IMG/VR virus record: IMGVR_UViG_3300032323_002909
Coordinates: 1-64,000 of that record
Source of the DNA: a virus
Strand: one strand, 5' to 3'
Length of the DNA: 64,000 nt
Both the position numbers and the translations under genes were made by a program. Positions 34,369 to 44,551 of the stretch are shown here, piece by piece; position 1 is the first letter of the stretch, and each line of letters opens with the position of its first letter. The notes under the pieces were generated by a model. The model was not told the DNA's origin. It did not search any database and saw only the letters and a list, made by a program, of their open reading frames with translations.

Positions 34369-36021
34369 ATGACAAGAGACAAATACTATTGGTTAAATGA
34401 TGACTCCATTAAATTTTTGGAGAGGGGATATCTAGAAGAAGGACAAACACCTTTATCTAGAATTGAGAAGATCGCGTTAACAGCGCAAAATATTTTAGGT
34501 ATTGAGGGATTTGCTGATAAGTTTATAGATTATATGTCTAGAGGTTATTACAGTCTTGCAACGCCTGTATGGATGAATTTTGGTAACAAAAGAGGCAACC
34601 CAATCTCCTGTTTTAATAGCCATATTGGAGACAGCATAGAAGACTTCTTGATTAAACAGGCAGAGGTCGGTATGATGACAAAAGTTGGCGGCGGCACTTC
34701 TGGATACTTTGGCGATATTAGACCACGTGGTTCTAAAATTAGCACAGGTGGGACGGCAGAGGGAGCAGTGCGTTGTATGGAACTATTCGATACTGTTACT
34801 AGTATCGTGAGTCAAGGAAGTGCTAGACGTGGCAGTTTCGCAGCTTATCTACCAATTGATCATGGTGACTTCGATGAATTTATGAAGATTCGTTCTGAGG
34901 GACATCCTATCCAAGAAATGTCTATCGGTGTAACAATTCCTGAAGGATGGATGCAGTCGATGATTGACGGTGATAAAGAAAAACGCCGCCGATGGGCAGC
35001 AGTAATTAAAAAGCGTTCTGAGACAGGATACCCATATATTTTCTTCACTGATAATGCTAATAATAATAAACCACAAGTTTATAAAGATAAAGGTTATCAA
35101 CTCAATGCATCTAATTTGTGCTCCGAAATCTTTCTTCCATCTACAAAAGACGAATCGTTTGTTTGCTGCTTATCTTCGCTAAATTTACTATGGTGGGATG
35201 AAATCAAAGAAACAGATGCTATTGAAACTTTGGTCATGTTCTTGGATGCAGTGATGACAGAATTCATCGAGAAAACAAAAGATGATAGACTTATGGAAGC
35301 TGCTCATAAGTTCGCTAAGAACCACAGAGCATTGGGTATGGGCGTTTTGGGCTATCATAGTTATTTGCAATCCAAAATGATTCCATGGGAAAGCGTGGAC
35401 GCTCATTTTGAAAATATATCTATCTTTTCGACAATTAGTGTACGTGCTGATAAAGCTACTAAATTATTAGCTGAAAAATTTGGCGAACCTGAAGTTCTTA
35501 AAGGTTATGGTCGTAGAAATACTACAACTATTGCTATTGCACCCACCACATCGAGTAGCTTCATTCTAGGTCAAGTGAGTCCAAGTATTGAACCATTGAA
35601 TAGTAATTATTTTGTGAAGAATCTTGCTAAAGGAAACTTTACATATCGCAATCCAAAATTGGTTGAGGTCTTGAATGAGAAGGGTAAAGATAATAAAGAA
35701 GTTTGGAAAAGTATTTTGATCCATGGTGGTAGTGTTCAACATTTAGATTTCTTAAGCCAAGATGAAAAAGATGTCTTTAAAACATTCGCAGAGCTTTCGC
35801 AAAAAGAAGTAGTGATTCATGCTGCACAAAGGCAACCATTTATTGACCAAGGACAATCACTGAATGTGATGATTCCAGCAAATACCAAACCAAAAGAAAT
35901 CAATGAATTGATGATTTTCGCATGGGAAAATGGAATCAAATCTTTGTATTATCAAAGAAGCTCCAATCCGTCTCAAGATTTGGCTCGATCCATTCTGACA
36001 TGCAAATCATGTGAAGGATGA
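34369..36021 (+). CDS. nrdA: ribonucleotide reductase class I alpha subunit (no ATP cone)
   Basis: PISCF, GGG, SNLCSEI, APT.SSS, KSLYY, C-terminal CKSCEG. Confidence 0.95.
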   Translation: MTRDKYYWLNDDSIKFLERGYLEEGQTPLSRIEKIALTAQNILGIEGFADKFIDYMSRGYYSLATPVWMNFGNKRGNPISCFNSHIGDSIEDFLIKQAEVGMMTKVGGGTSGYFGDIRPRGSKISTGGTAEGAVRCMELFDTVTSIVSQGSARRGSFAAYLPIDHGDFDEFMKIRSEGHPIQEMSIGVTIPEGWMQSMIDGDKEKRRRWAAVIKKRSETGYPYIFFTDNANNNKPQVYKDKGYQLNASNLCSEIFLPSTKDESFVCCLSSLNLLWWDEIKETDAIETLVMFLDAVMTEFIEKTKDDRLMEAAHKFAKNHRALGMGVLGYHSYLQSKMIPWESVDAHFENISIFSTISVRADKATKLLAEKFGEPEVLKGYGRRNTTTIAIAPTTSSSFILGQVSPSIEPLNSNYFVKNLAKGNFTYRNPKLVEVLNEKGKDNKEVWKSILIHGGSVQHLDFLSQDEKDVFKTFAELSQKEVVIHAAQRQPFIDQGQSLNVMIPANTKPKEINELMIFAWENGIKSLYYQRSSNPSQDLARSILTCKSCEG

Positions 36022-37794
36022 TTATGATTCTCTAGGATATTTCTTCTCATGAACTTGAGGATACGCAACGGCAACGGAATTATGTCTATTAATTCCGTTG
36101 TTTTGTGCCTCTTTTCTAACACCACTATTCGACTTAGTCAGGTTCAATGGTAAATTATTGAAATGATGTCCGTGCGGAGGAGACACAATAATATCGGGAA
36201 CAGGTAGAGCAAAGACGGGCCAAATACCTGCACTACTACCACTAGCAATGACACATTCACCAATCAACAATGTTCTAGGTGCTAAAGTATTAAATGTACT
36301 ATAAAGAATCGTGTCTTCTGTTTGTTGAACTTCCAGTGGTGCAGTAACGTGTTGTAGATACGTTTCACCTTCTACTGATAGCCCCCCACCCACAATTAAA
36401 TTATTTTTAACACCGAGGGAAGATTCAACATATACCTGTCTATCTGTGCGCAGTGTTATAGTTTTTAAAGACTGTATCTCAACACCTGCTTCCGAACCAA
36501 TATGAATACCATGGGAAGCGTTCATCATCAATTGTTTGAATCCGACTCTCATTATAGTGCCACCCATTTCCATGGAACCAGAAGTTTTTAAAGATATACC
36601 ACCAGAACCAACATTTCTCACATAAGAATTTCCAACTATTTTTACATCTTTACCACAGGGAAAATTAGATGCATTATCAATTTCTTCTAAAAGAGGAATA
36701 TAATCATGATTTTTATACGCGCCCGTATCAGAAACCAACATTTCAAATGGTTGGCTTCTACCTTTCTCATCAATTTTTACAGATGGGTAATCATTAAATA
36801 TCGCACCAATGGTTTCCAACTTATTCCGTTTCAAGACAACGTGTTCGTCTCCACCGTCTCCCATTTTGGATTCTATATCCGTAAGAATCGGTTGCATCTC
36901 TTTAACATAATCATCAATTTTTAAAGTATCTGGATCTGTTGCCCATTGTCCATTTTCTGTAGCTGCTGAAACTTGAGCACCGAATTCCATAACAGCAGGT
37001 GCTGCGGAACCATTTTCCCCAGCACTTTTCGATATATCATTTAAAGTTATTTTCTTAGCCGATGGCATTTCTCCTATTCTTTTGGAAATAGGAGCGTATG
37101 AATTAACATCATTAGTTAAAAATTTAACTGATGGTATTTTTTGATAACCACTAAAAATGCTTTCCACTGTATACGTTTCTGAGCCTATAACGGGGTTATC
37201 AGCGCGTTTACCATCCAGAGGTATAGTTTGACCATTTGGTATAGAAATGCCGCCACGCTTAATTTTAAATTTAGCATTACCTGCTGCAATAATAGCGAAA
37301 GCTTCTTTCCATTCGTCATATGCCCTAAGTTCGCTTTCGTCTTTAAAACCTTTAAAAATATATGACGTGCCACCAATTCTTTTATTATAATCACCTCCGA
37401 TATATTCACTACAATCGCCTTTGATTGTTTCGAATTTATCATTGACTACTAATGTTTGTTTGTTATTAGTAGCCAATTCAGAATTAACCAAATTATTAAT
37501 ATTAAAATTACTGCCTGATCTTTGAGATATTTGTATCCCTTCATTGTCAGAAGTATTGTTTATAGTAATAGATGCTCCTCTTTGATTTAAAATAAAACGA
37601 TTGCGATATTTTTTAGATATTTTAGGTGCTCTATTACTCTCAGATGTTTGTGTATCGTTGTTAGCTGTTTGGGTGTTGTCGGTAGATGTATCTACACATG
37701 GAATAATTATATTCGATAAATCAGAATTGCATTTGTTATCAAATCCTTTATTTTTTCCATTACTGGTATTTTGATTATATTTTTTTGTTGCCAT
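36022..37794 (-). CDS. baseplate spike/hub protein, gp5 C-terminal-like
   Basis: Beta-helix-like repeats, terminal HGHH motif; adjacent to gp5 N-domain gene. Confidence 0.55.
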   Translation of the reverse strand: MATKKYNQNTSNGKNKGFDNKCNSDLSNIIIPCVDTSTDNTQTANNDTQTSESNRAPKISKKYRNRFILNQRGASITINNTSDNEGIQISQRSGSNFNINNLVNSELATNNKQTLVVNDKFETIKGDCSEYIGGDYNKRIGGTSYIFKGFKDESELRAYDEWKEAFAIIAAGNAKFKIKRGGISIPNGQTIPLDGKRADNPVIGSETYTVESIFSGYQKIPSVKFLTNDVNSYAPISKRIGEMPSAKKITLNDISKSAGENGSAAPAVMEFGAQVSAATENGQWATDPDTLKIDDYVKEMQPILTDIESKMGDGGDEHVVLKRNKLETIGAIFNDYPSVKIDEKGRSQPFEMLVSDTGAYKNHDYIPLLEEIDNASNFPCGKDVKIVGNSYVRNVGSGGISLKTSGSMEMGGTIMRVGFKQLMMNASHGIHIGSEAGVEIQSLKTITLRTDRQVYVESSLGVKNNLIVGGGLSVEGETYLQHVTAPLEVQQTEDTILYSTFNTLAPRTLLIGECVIASGSSAGIWPVFALPVPDIIVSPPHGHHFNNLPLNLTKSNSGVRKEAQNNGINRHNSVAVAYPQVHEKKYPRES

Positions 37795-37796
37795 AG

Positions 37797-39044
37797 TTAT
37801 TTGTTTTCGAAATCGTTTGGATAATAACTTGATGCTCCCGATTGATTATCTGTTCTATTTAGTACAGAAAGTCCCCGAAGATCTTGTGTAACGCCAAAGT
37901 AAACGGGAAAATTTAAATCTCCCATATAATGGAATACCCAAACTTTAGAACCAACTTCTGGTATTCCTATAGCTCCTTTCGGTTTATTGCTATGATTTTG
38001 AGGAGCAAAACCATGAGAATATGGATTAGCTTTCATACTGGAACTATCATTTGGTAGTCCAAACACATCACTTATTTTGGTTTTGATAAATTCATATATT
38101 TGAGCGGGTGCTTGGGACAACACCCCATCTCTAGTGATACCGTTTAATGATGGTGATTCCCATGTAGATGAACTATCGGTATTGACATCATTATCATCTA
38201 CTGGTGGTAACAATGATGGGGCATCTTCTATAGGTGGTTCGGATGGTAATTCACTTGTTGCTATTTTATCAGGCGGTGTTTCTTCTGGAATATCTGGAGA
38301 TTTGCCTAATTTTTGAAAAGATGTTATCTTACCACCCCAAGAATTATTTCCATTGTTTCTTCTGTAAACATCGATGGTGGGTGGTAAAGGTCCAGTTCTT
38401 TTGTCATAAGAAGGTACTGTATCACCGTATTGTAACACCAGTGTCCCTTTAGTCGTAGATATTCTAAACCAGTCGTTATGCTGTAAGCCTAGAGATGTTG
38501 CCAAACTTTTAGATATAGCAGCCGATTTTTCGTCAGTTAAACGATTGTTTCGATGACCTATACCGTTACTACTATAGGTATCAGGAGTTGAATCTGAGGC
38601 GTATCCATAATTCGATAATTTGATAGGAGGATCAAATTGTGTAACGCCACCAACATCTACCAAACTAAGATTTTCGGGATCTTCGACATAACCTTCAGCG
38701 TAATTACCATCGGACAGCGTTGCTGTGACATTGTCGCCTTCTCTAGCTGACCTAGATGATCCAGATTCGCCTACCAATGGATAACAAGGTTCTGCCCATG
38801 GTATATTTTCGGCAATTTTATCTACAATTGTGGGATCACTCCAACTATCAACACCAGGTGCCTTGATATTAATTTCATCTAAAGTTCCTAACCATTCTTC
38901 AAACGGTTGATTGGATAATTCTGGTATATAAACTTTGACCCTGTTTAATTTCAAAGGGTCGTCATTTTTAATAACGATGCCTCTATAAAATGATTCATCG
39001 ATTCTTTTTGACTCTGCACCTGAACCACCACCTCTATTAAACAT
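37797..39044 (-). CDS. gp5-like OB-fold baseplate protein with inserted 3D/DPBB-like domain
   Basis: YRGIV..NDDP...RVKV.IP, PWA.P, P.VGS.VWVF..GD...PVYFG; internal YG..SD...AAIS...GDT...IDVY. Confidence 0.7.
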   Translation of the reverse strand: MFNRGGGSGAESKRIDESFYRGIVIKNDDPLKLNRVKVYIPELSNQPFEEWLGTLDEINIKAPGVDSWSDPTIVDKIAENIPWAEPCYPLVGESGSSRSAREGDNVTATLSDGNYAEGYVEDPENLSLVDVGGVTQFDPPIKLSNYGYASDSTPDTYSSNGIGHRNNRLTDEKSAAISKSLATSLGLQHNDWFRISTTKGTLVLQYGDTVPSYDKRTGPLPPTIDVYRRNNGNNSWGGKITSFQKLGKSPDIPEETPPDKIATSELPSEPPIEDAPSLLPPVDDNDVNTDSSSTWESPSLNGITRDGVLSQAPAQIYEFIKTKISDVFGLPNDSSSMKANPYSHGFAPQNHSNKPKGAIGIPEVGSKVWVFHYMGDLNFPVYFGVTQDLRGLSVLNRTDNQSGASSYYPNDFENK

Positions 39045-39122
39045 ATAATACTATTTAATAGTAGAATAGATTATTCAACCATGTGTTATAGTATAAAAAT
39101 ATAGACAGAATGTGTCTATAAA

Positions 39123-39575
39123 TTAATATCCTAGTAATCTTTTTCTACGAGTTTCGGGAATTGATACCGAAATGGTTTCCGAAAATGCCGAAGTAGGAAT
39201 TGTCGTGACCGTGCTAAGGAAAGGAAACACCGAAAAGGTATTATCATTATTCACAATAGCCATCGTGGAATTGTGTAAAGAAGATGGAATACTGAACACC
39301 GAACCCAGAATATTAACCGTAATATTAGGAACATTGGTAAGGGAAAAACCTGATGCAGTATTAACAGTTGTTCCCATCGAAACTTCAATAGGAGTAAATG
39401 CTAAACCAATATCAGAAGTTGATAAAGATATTGTTCCGATTTGACGTGCTGATACGAGAACAGAATCACCCGAAAGATAGGTAACACCAGTAGCTGACAG
39501 AGCAGCATTTGTAATATTAGGAACGCCAGTCTTTTGCGCGGAGAGAATATTGGAAGAGAATGTGTAGATGCTCAT
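39123..39575 (-). CDS. putative structural protein
   Basis: S/T-rich; late promoter. Confidence 0.55.
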   Translation of the reverse strand: MSIYTFSSNILSAQKTGVPNITNAALSATGVTYLSGDSVLVSARQIGTISLSTSDIGLAFTPIEVSMGTTVNTASGFSLTNVPNITVNILGSVFSIPSSLHNSTMAIVNNDNTFSVFPFLSTVTTIPTSAFSETISVSIPETRRKRLLGY

Positions 39576-39671
39576 ATGATATTATTTAGTCGTTTTGATT
39601 ATTTTTTTACAGAATTATTATTCTACCCCTGATTCTGTTTGTGTTTATCTCGCTAGTTACTAAATAATAAC

Positions 39672-40475
39672 ATGAACATAAATATCAAAGAAAAGAGGTT
39701 GTATATAGTAAGAAACCTAATTAATGGGAAGGTTTATGGCGGCAAGCACTACTGGAGTCCTGATACCAAATATATGGGTTCTGGTTATGCGCTGAAAAAA
39801 GCTTTTGAAAAGTATGGTAAAGAAAATTTTAAAATTCGTTGGTTAAAATTGAAAATAAAATCTTCGGAACATTTAGATCAATTGGAAATACGAATGATTC
39901 GTTTATTAAAACACATTTTTAGAAACAGATGTTACAATATTCAAAAAGGTGGATGTGGTGGTTACTTTACTTATTACATGAGTGATATCGAAAAACAAAA
40001 AGTTTTTAGAAAAATTAGTGAGGGTAAGAAAAGGCAATATGCAAATGGGTTTACAGAAGAACAATTGTTGGGGCATAAAAAAGCCAATCAAAGTAAAAAA
40101 CATAGAATGGACAACGATCCAGATTATTATAATGCCGTTTATATTAAAGGTAATGAAAAAAGAGTGAACTCTTTAAAAGAACGTAGAAAAGCACTTGGTT
40201 TAACTCAAAAAGAAATTGATAGACATAAAGATTTGATAAAATATAGTCAGAAAATAACTACTTATAAAATATTATATCCAAATGGTTTTGAAGTTGTTGA
40301 GACTAAAACTATCACAGAATTCATGGAAACTTATAAAACTGAATATAATATTTTTATAGATGCTAGAAGAAATGGTAAATTCGTTTTTAAACGTAGAACT
40401 TCGATGACTAAACATCCTTTTCCACCAAATACTGAATTGTATATTATAAATGAAGTTCGAGGATGTGATATATAA
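39672..40475 (+). CDS. GIY-YIG (Seg-like) homing endonuclease
   Basis: LYIVRNLINGKVYGGKH...YMGSG...KYGKENF...YN. Confidence 0.85.
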   Translation: MNINIKEKRLYIVRNLINGKVYGGKHYWSPDTKYMGSGYALKKAFEKYGKENFKIRWLKLKIKSSEHLDQLEIRMIRLLKHIFRNRCYNIQKGGCGGYFTYYMSDIEKQKVFRKISEGKKRQYANGFTEEQLLGHKKANQSKKHRMDNDPDYYNAVYIKGNEKRVNSLKERRKALGLTQKEIDRHKDLIKYSQKITTYKILYPNGFEVVETKTITEFMETYKTEYNIFIDARRNGKFVFKRRTSMTKHPFPPNTELYIINEVRGCDI

Positions 40476-40482
40476 AAACGAG

Positions 40483-40514
40483 GAAACCGCGAGGTCTTCG
40501 GCACTCGCGGTTTC
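40483..40514. terminator. hairpin between convergent endonuclease and capsid genes
   Basis: GAAACCGCGAG/CTCGCGGTTTC 11-bp stem. Confidence 0.75.
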
Positions 40515-40562
40515 AAAATATTTTTGGTTGTAACTACTTGAGCTTCAACTATTTATAATTTA

Positions 40563-42068
40563 TTATAAATATGTCGAAACCGAACCAGGTGTAAACGCAG
40601 TACCGAGACCTTTAACGATGATCAAATGGTAGTAAAGATTAGCACCGAAAATGTTATTCACGATACCATAGCGGGTCATAAGACCAACGCGAGGCGCGAA
40701 ATCATTTGGGCCAATCGTTCTTTGCACCATAATGGGGATATATGGGCAGTAGATAATACCAGTGTCATAGTATTCAGAACCTTTGTAACCCAACAGAGCA
40801 TACTCAACACCATTTCCACCGTTAGGCGAATTCGTGTAGGAGTTATTGTTTCTGTAGAGAGTAGTGTTCTGAACTTCAGTCCGAGTATCACGATAAACCG
40901 TCCAGCGGCTACCAACAGTACCAACTTTCGACACACCTACGCCAGCCGTGGAAACGGTTCCACCAACTTCAAATACTTTGAAGTCAGGAAGCATTTCAAG
41001 GATGCTGCATACACGTGGGGTGGCGATAACAAAGTTAGCAGCACCTCTACGGTTACGAGCAGCCATACGACCACTTTCGATGAGCAAGCGTTGATAGAAG
41101 GTAAGATTTCTTTCAGCAGTCCAACGACCATCCGCACTAACAGGGCTCCAAATGGAGAAACCTGCGCCAGCCCCAGCATTGAAGGCTGTTTGGATCATGC
41201 GCATCACAACTTCACGGTCGATTTCGGCTTGGATCTCATACGACATAGCATTCGTAAGTTCACCATCGATATCGATACCGTTCATGTTTTTGATGTCTTG
41301 CTCCAATTCAACCGACCAACGAGTAGCCAATCTACGTGTTCCAGCAACAACAGCGGATTTGTCGAACTTCAACTCGATTTGAGGGATTTTGCCCGTCAAT
41401 TCGTAGTTATTCAGAAGTTCAGCAATACCACGGTCTTGATCTGCGAAGCTCCAATGTTCGGTATTACCCGAAAGGAAGTTCGAAGACGTGCCAGTAAAGC
41501 GTGTATCCAGAAGTTGATAACCAAGTTCGTCACTAGTGGAACTAGTGTCATTCAACGAGGGGAGTCCAGCAGCATCAGATCCAGTGTAGGCAGCTTTTAA
41601 TTGTTCTCCAAACGAAGAACCGTTACCACCACCAGAAGGCTTACCGTCGATACTACCATCGCTCAGAGTATCACCTTGGTAGGCGTAACGAAGAGCAAAA
41701 GCAAGACCAACAGGTCCACCCATAGGCTGAACACCAACGATTTCGTTGGAGATCAATTCAGGGAAAGTGCGTCGAATCATAGGAATCAGAATCTTTGGAA
41801 GACGAGCATCGCCAGTAGCATAGCTATCGCTGTTAGCGATGCCATTACCGACACTACCAGTCGCACCAAACACGCCACCAGAAGCAGCAATGTTAGATTC
41901 TTGAAAGCACCACTGTTCTTGGTTCTCCAAAAGCATAGCGGTCGTTTTGTAAACGTGCTCATTTTGGATAGCAGGAATCGAGTTCGAGCTATAGTCCAAA
42001 ACTTTGCGCCATTTATTAACGGCTTGTTGCATTTTTGAAGTGTTTATATCAGATTGTGGGATATTCAT
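40563..42068 (-). CDS. gp23: major capsid protein (T4 gp23-like)
   Basis: LLENQE, IRR.FP, VGVQPM.GP.GL.FALR, EI.AEI.RE, YCPY, F.P..G..TRYG. Confidence 0.97.
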   Translation of the reverse strand: MNIPQSDINTSKMQQAVNKWRKVLDYSSNSIPAIQNEHVYKTTAMLLENQEQWCFQESNIAASGGVFGATGSVGNGIANSDSYATGDARLPKILIPMIRRTFPELISNEIVGVQPMGGPVGLAFALRYAYQGDTLSDGSIDGKPSGGGNGSSFGEQLKAAYTGSDAAGLPSLNDTSSTSDELGYQLLDTRFTGTSSNFLSGNTEHWSFADQDRGIAELLNNYELTGKIPQIELKFDKSAVVAGTRRLATRWSVELEQDIKNMNGIDIDGELTNAMSYEIQAEIDREVVMRMIQTAFNAGAGAGFSIWSPVSADGRWTAERNLTFYQRLLIESGRMAARNRRGAANFVIATPRVCSILEMLPDFKVFEVGGTVSTAGVGVSKVGTVGSRWTVYRDTRTEVQNTTLYRNNNSYTNSPNGGNGVEYALLGYKGSEYYDTGIIYCPYIPIMVQRTIGPNDFAPRVGLMTRYGIVNNIFGANLYYHLIIVKGLGTAFTPGSVSTYL

Positions 42069-42127
42069 ATATATTTGACTTTCTATTCACATTGTTCAGG
42101 ATTTCTCCTCATAGTGCGGGTGAAAAA

Positions 42128-43012
42128 TTACTTTTTAAACGTCATCGATTCGAGAGCGCTTAAATAAGGATCGTTTTCCTCTACTTTATTACTTACTCTT
42201 TCCGTAATAATTTTTTGAGTTTTTACAAAATCAGGCTTGTGTTTGCGGTTTTGTAGAGCTTGCTCCTTAATGATTTCCAATTGCTTCTTCTCTTGATTTT
42301 CAAAAAGACGCACGGTGTAATCAAAGTTTTCTTTGATAAATTTAAGAGATTTATCAGAAAGTGCTTTTTGGACGAAGTTTTTCTTCGACTCAGGGAACTT
42401 AGAAGTTTTAGCTTCGAGGAAAAGTTTAACTTGTGCGTTGTTCTTTTCTTCGGTAAGCAAGTTCAGATTGTTTTTAAGTTCAGCATTTTCTTTGCGAAGT
42501 TGATCCATTTCAGTTTTACCTTCAATGATTGCACCAGACAAAGATTTGTCCATGAGTGCATAGTCAATCGAGAATACTTTACGAAGATTTTCCAGAACTT
42601 TGAAAGCGGTTTTATTTTTAACAGCCGTTTCTAAATCTTTTTTGGGAAAAGACTCAACCAAGAATGTGTCGAGATATTCACTAATAGATTCAGTAAGTTG
42701 TTTTTTGAACTTTACAAGATCACCTTGTTGTTCTCTTTCATACTTTTTAACAACTTTAACAAGTTTAGCAGTCTTGTCTCTATCAAAAGCTTCCATGAGT
42801 TTTTTCATTTTCACAGTGCGGTCGTTATCAAGCGTGACCATGAGAGTTTTCAATTTTTCAGCATAAACTTCATCCTGTTCTAAAAGTGCTGATTCTACTG
42901 CTAGATCAATTTTACTTTCTAACGACTCTTGGATGGCTTTGACCGATTCATCGCTCAGACCCAAATTTTTTTGAATTTCTTCAGAGAAAAGATTCTGTTT
43001 GTTTTTCTTCAT
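42128..43012 (-). CDS. gp22: prohead scaffold (gp22-like)
   Basis: Coiled-coil, L/I-x-E sites, directly upstream of gp23. Confidence 0.8.
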   Translation of the reverse strand: MKKNKQNLFSEEIQKNLGLSDESVKAIQESLESKIDLAVESALLEQDEVYAEKLKTLMVTLDNDRTVKMKKLMEAFDRDKTAKLVKVVKKYEREQQGDLVKFKKQLTESISEYLDTFLVESFPKKDLETAVKNKTAFKVLENLRKVFSIDYALMDKSLSGAIIEGKTEMDQLRKENAELKNNLNLLTEEKNNAQVKLFLEAKTSKFPESKKNFVQKALSDKSLKFIKENFDYTVRLFENQEKKQLEIIKEQALQNRKHKPDFVKTQKIITERVSNKVEENDPYLSALESMTFKK

Positions 43013-43017
43013 AATAT

Positions 43018-43025
43018 TATTTATA
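43018..43025 (-). promoter_or_regulatory. T4-type late promoter TATAAATA (representative of many TAAATA copies)
   Basis: TATAAATA 5 nt before the gp22 ATG; TAAATA 5-8 nt before most late genes. Confidence 0.75.
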
Positions 43026-43047
43026 GATTTAATGATATTTTTTTGAT

Positions 43048-43374
43048 TTAGAATAAAGGTTTTTCAATTTCCTGAGAAATTAATTTTTGAAGTTTATTAT
43101 TGATAATATTTGAAAGATGTTTTTGAGCATCCGCATGATGTTCGCCCAAAATACATTCAACGAATTTAAAAATTTCTGAAGATTCTTTCACGCATTTTTT
43201 GCCTGTCTTTTCTTCATTATCCATATCAGCATCTTTCTTACGTGCATAAGAACCTTTACCTTTTTTTGGTTTTTCGACTTTGGTTGCAGGTGCGAATCTT
43301 TTACGCTCCTTTACTTTAGGAGCTTTGATAGTCACCTTTCCATCTTTTTTAAGATCTTTGAATTTTTTATTCAT
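43048..43374 (-). CDS. prohead core-like protein with N-terminal ArfA-like motif
   Basis: KVEKPKKGKGSYARK, then VKES, then helical core-like domain; between gp21 and gp22. Confidence 0.6.
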   Translation of the reverse strand: MNKKFKDLKKDGKVTIKAPKVKERKRFAPATKVEKPKKGKGSYARKKDADMDNEEKTGKKCVKESSEIFKFVECILGEHHADAQKHLSNIINNKLQKLISQEIEKPLF

Positions 43375-43390
43375 AATATTATTTATCTTA

Positions 43391-44053
43391 TTAAATCGAA
43401 TTTATGAAATTGATGATTTGTTGACGCAAATAATTATCCATATCTTTTCTTGGAAGTTTGCTAATACCTTTTTCAAAATTCTCATATACCTCTTCAAAAG
43501 AACCATCATGCTCGATGACGAAAGTTTTAGATTCCAAAATGCCATTCACAAATGCTTTTGGATAAGATGGATCTGCTACTGCATCGATAGCTACTAAGTG
43601 CATATTTTGCACGAGATTATAATCTCTATTTTCAGATAATTGACCAAGTGCTCTTGTTGACATACCAATTTTAACACCGTCATTTATAAGAGATCTTAAA
43701 ATTTGACCAGTTGGTGTAGATAAGACACGGGCTTTGCCTACAAAATAATCATCCACTTCAGTTAATTCTGTCACCAAATGACAAGCTCTTTCGAGATTAA
43801 CATCGGCACTAGCAGGGTGATTCAACTCCCCCATAGCTCTACCTGGAACAACCATTTCATTAATATATCTCTGAACTTCGCTTCTAGTATCATCCAACTT
43901 ATACATCCTTTTATTTTTGTTTACGATATTGCAACCAATAAATGGTCCTTTGACGTAAAGATTGGATGCGCTGTTTCTATTCGATTCCTCGCGAATAATT
44001 TCAAAGTTATCGAAAACGTCAGGATTTTCTGCTATCAGCTTTAATTTTAACAT
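43391..44053 (-). CDS. gp21: prohead protease (gp21-like)
   Basis: N.NKRMY, GELNHP, STP.G, GMSTRALG, D.VADPS. Confidence 0.95.
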   Translation of the reverse strand: MLKLKLIAENPDVFDNFEIIREESNRNSASNLYVKGPFIGCNIVNKNKRMYKLDDTRSEVQRYINEMVVPGRAMGELNHPASADVNLERACHLVTELTEVDDYFVGKARVLSTPTGQILRSLINDGVKIGMSTRALGQLSENRDYNLVQNMHLVAIDAVADPSYPKAFVNGILESKTFVIEHDGSFEEVYENFEKGISKLPRKDMDNYLRQQIINFINSI

Positions 44054-44086
44054 ATTATTATTTAAGGTTATGTATGAAAAAATTCA

Positions 44087-44551
44087 CTAATTTAATTCTT
44101 TTTCGGTTATTATAATAAAATCCATATCATTTTTTTTCGCAAATTCTTTAGCATACTTCCATTTATCACAATTATTTCTCCAAGCTACTTGCTCATAAAG
44201 AAGATTTGATTTCTTTTTACCACGTGTCGCCTTGGGTTCTTGCGTTTGTTTATATGGTTTTACTTCTATCAAATATTTTTTTATATTAGATCCCTCTTTT
44301 ATTTTAACGTAGGCATCTATGAAATATTTTCGATTTTTATTTTGAACCGAATCAAAATATGGAATAGCGATTTCCTCACTATTCCATTCCAAAACATTTG
44401 AGTTATTATCAGCCCATCTAAACAATTTTAATTCCAAACCAGAACGATAAATTATATTATCTAATTTACCCACGTATTTTTGTGGAAATTTTGGATTGTA
44501 ATATCCCTGATAGAATTTTTTATTTCTTTTAGATAATCCTAAATTACCCAT
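44087..44551 (-). CDS. gp4: head completion nuclease (gp4-like)
   Basis: P..P.KY.G, YRS..E, W.SEE..IPY, IEVKP..QT, F.IITEKEL. Confidence 0.9.
   Translation of the reverse strand: MGNLGLSKRNKKFYQGYYNPKFPQKYVGKLDNIIYRSGLELKLFRWADNNSNVLEWNSEEIAIPYFDSVQNKNRKYFIDAYVKIKEGSNIKKYLIEVKPYKQTQEPKATRGKKKSNLLYEQVAWRNNCDKWKYAKEFAKKNDMDFIIITEKELN

Noticed and set aside
33391-36021. Introns or inteins in nrdA/nrdB
   Set aside because: Both ORFs are continuous and compact, with no insertion.
40626-42038. Long plus-strand ORFs (324 and 145 aa)
   Set aside because: Antisense shadows of the codon-biased gp23 gene.
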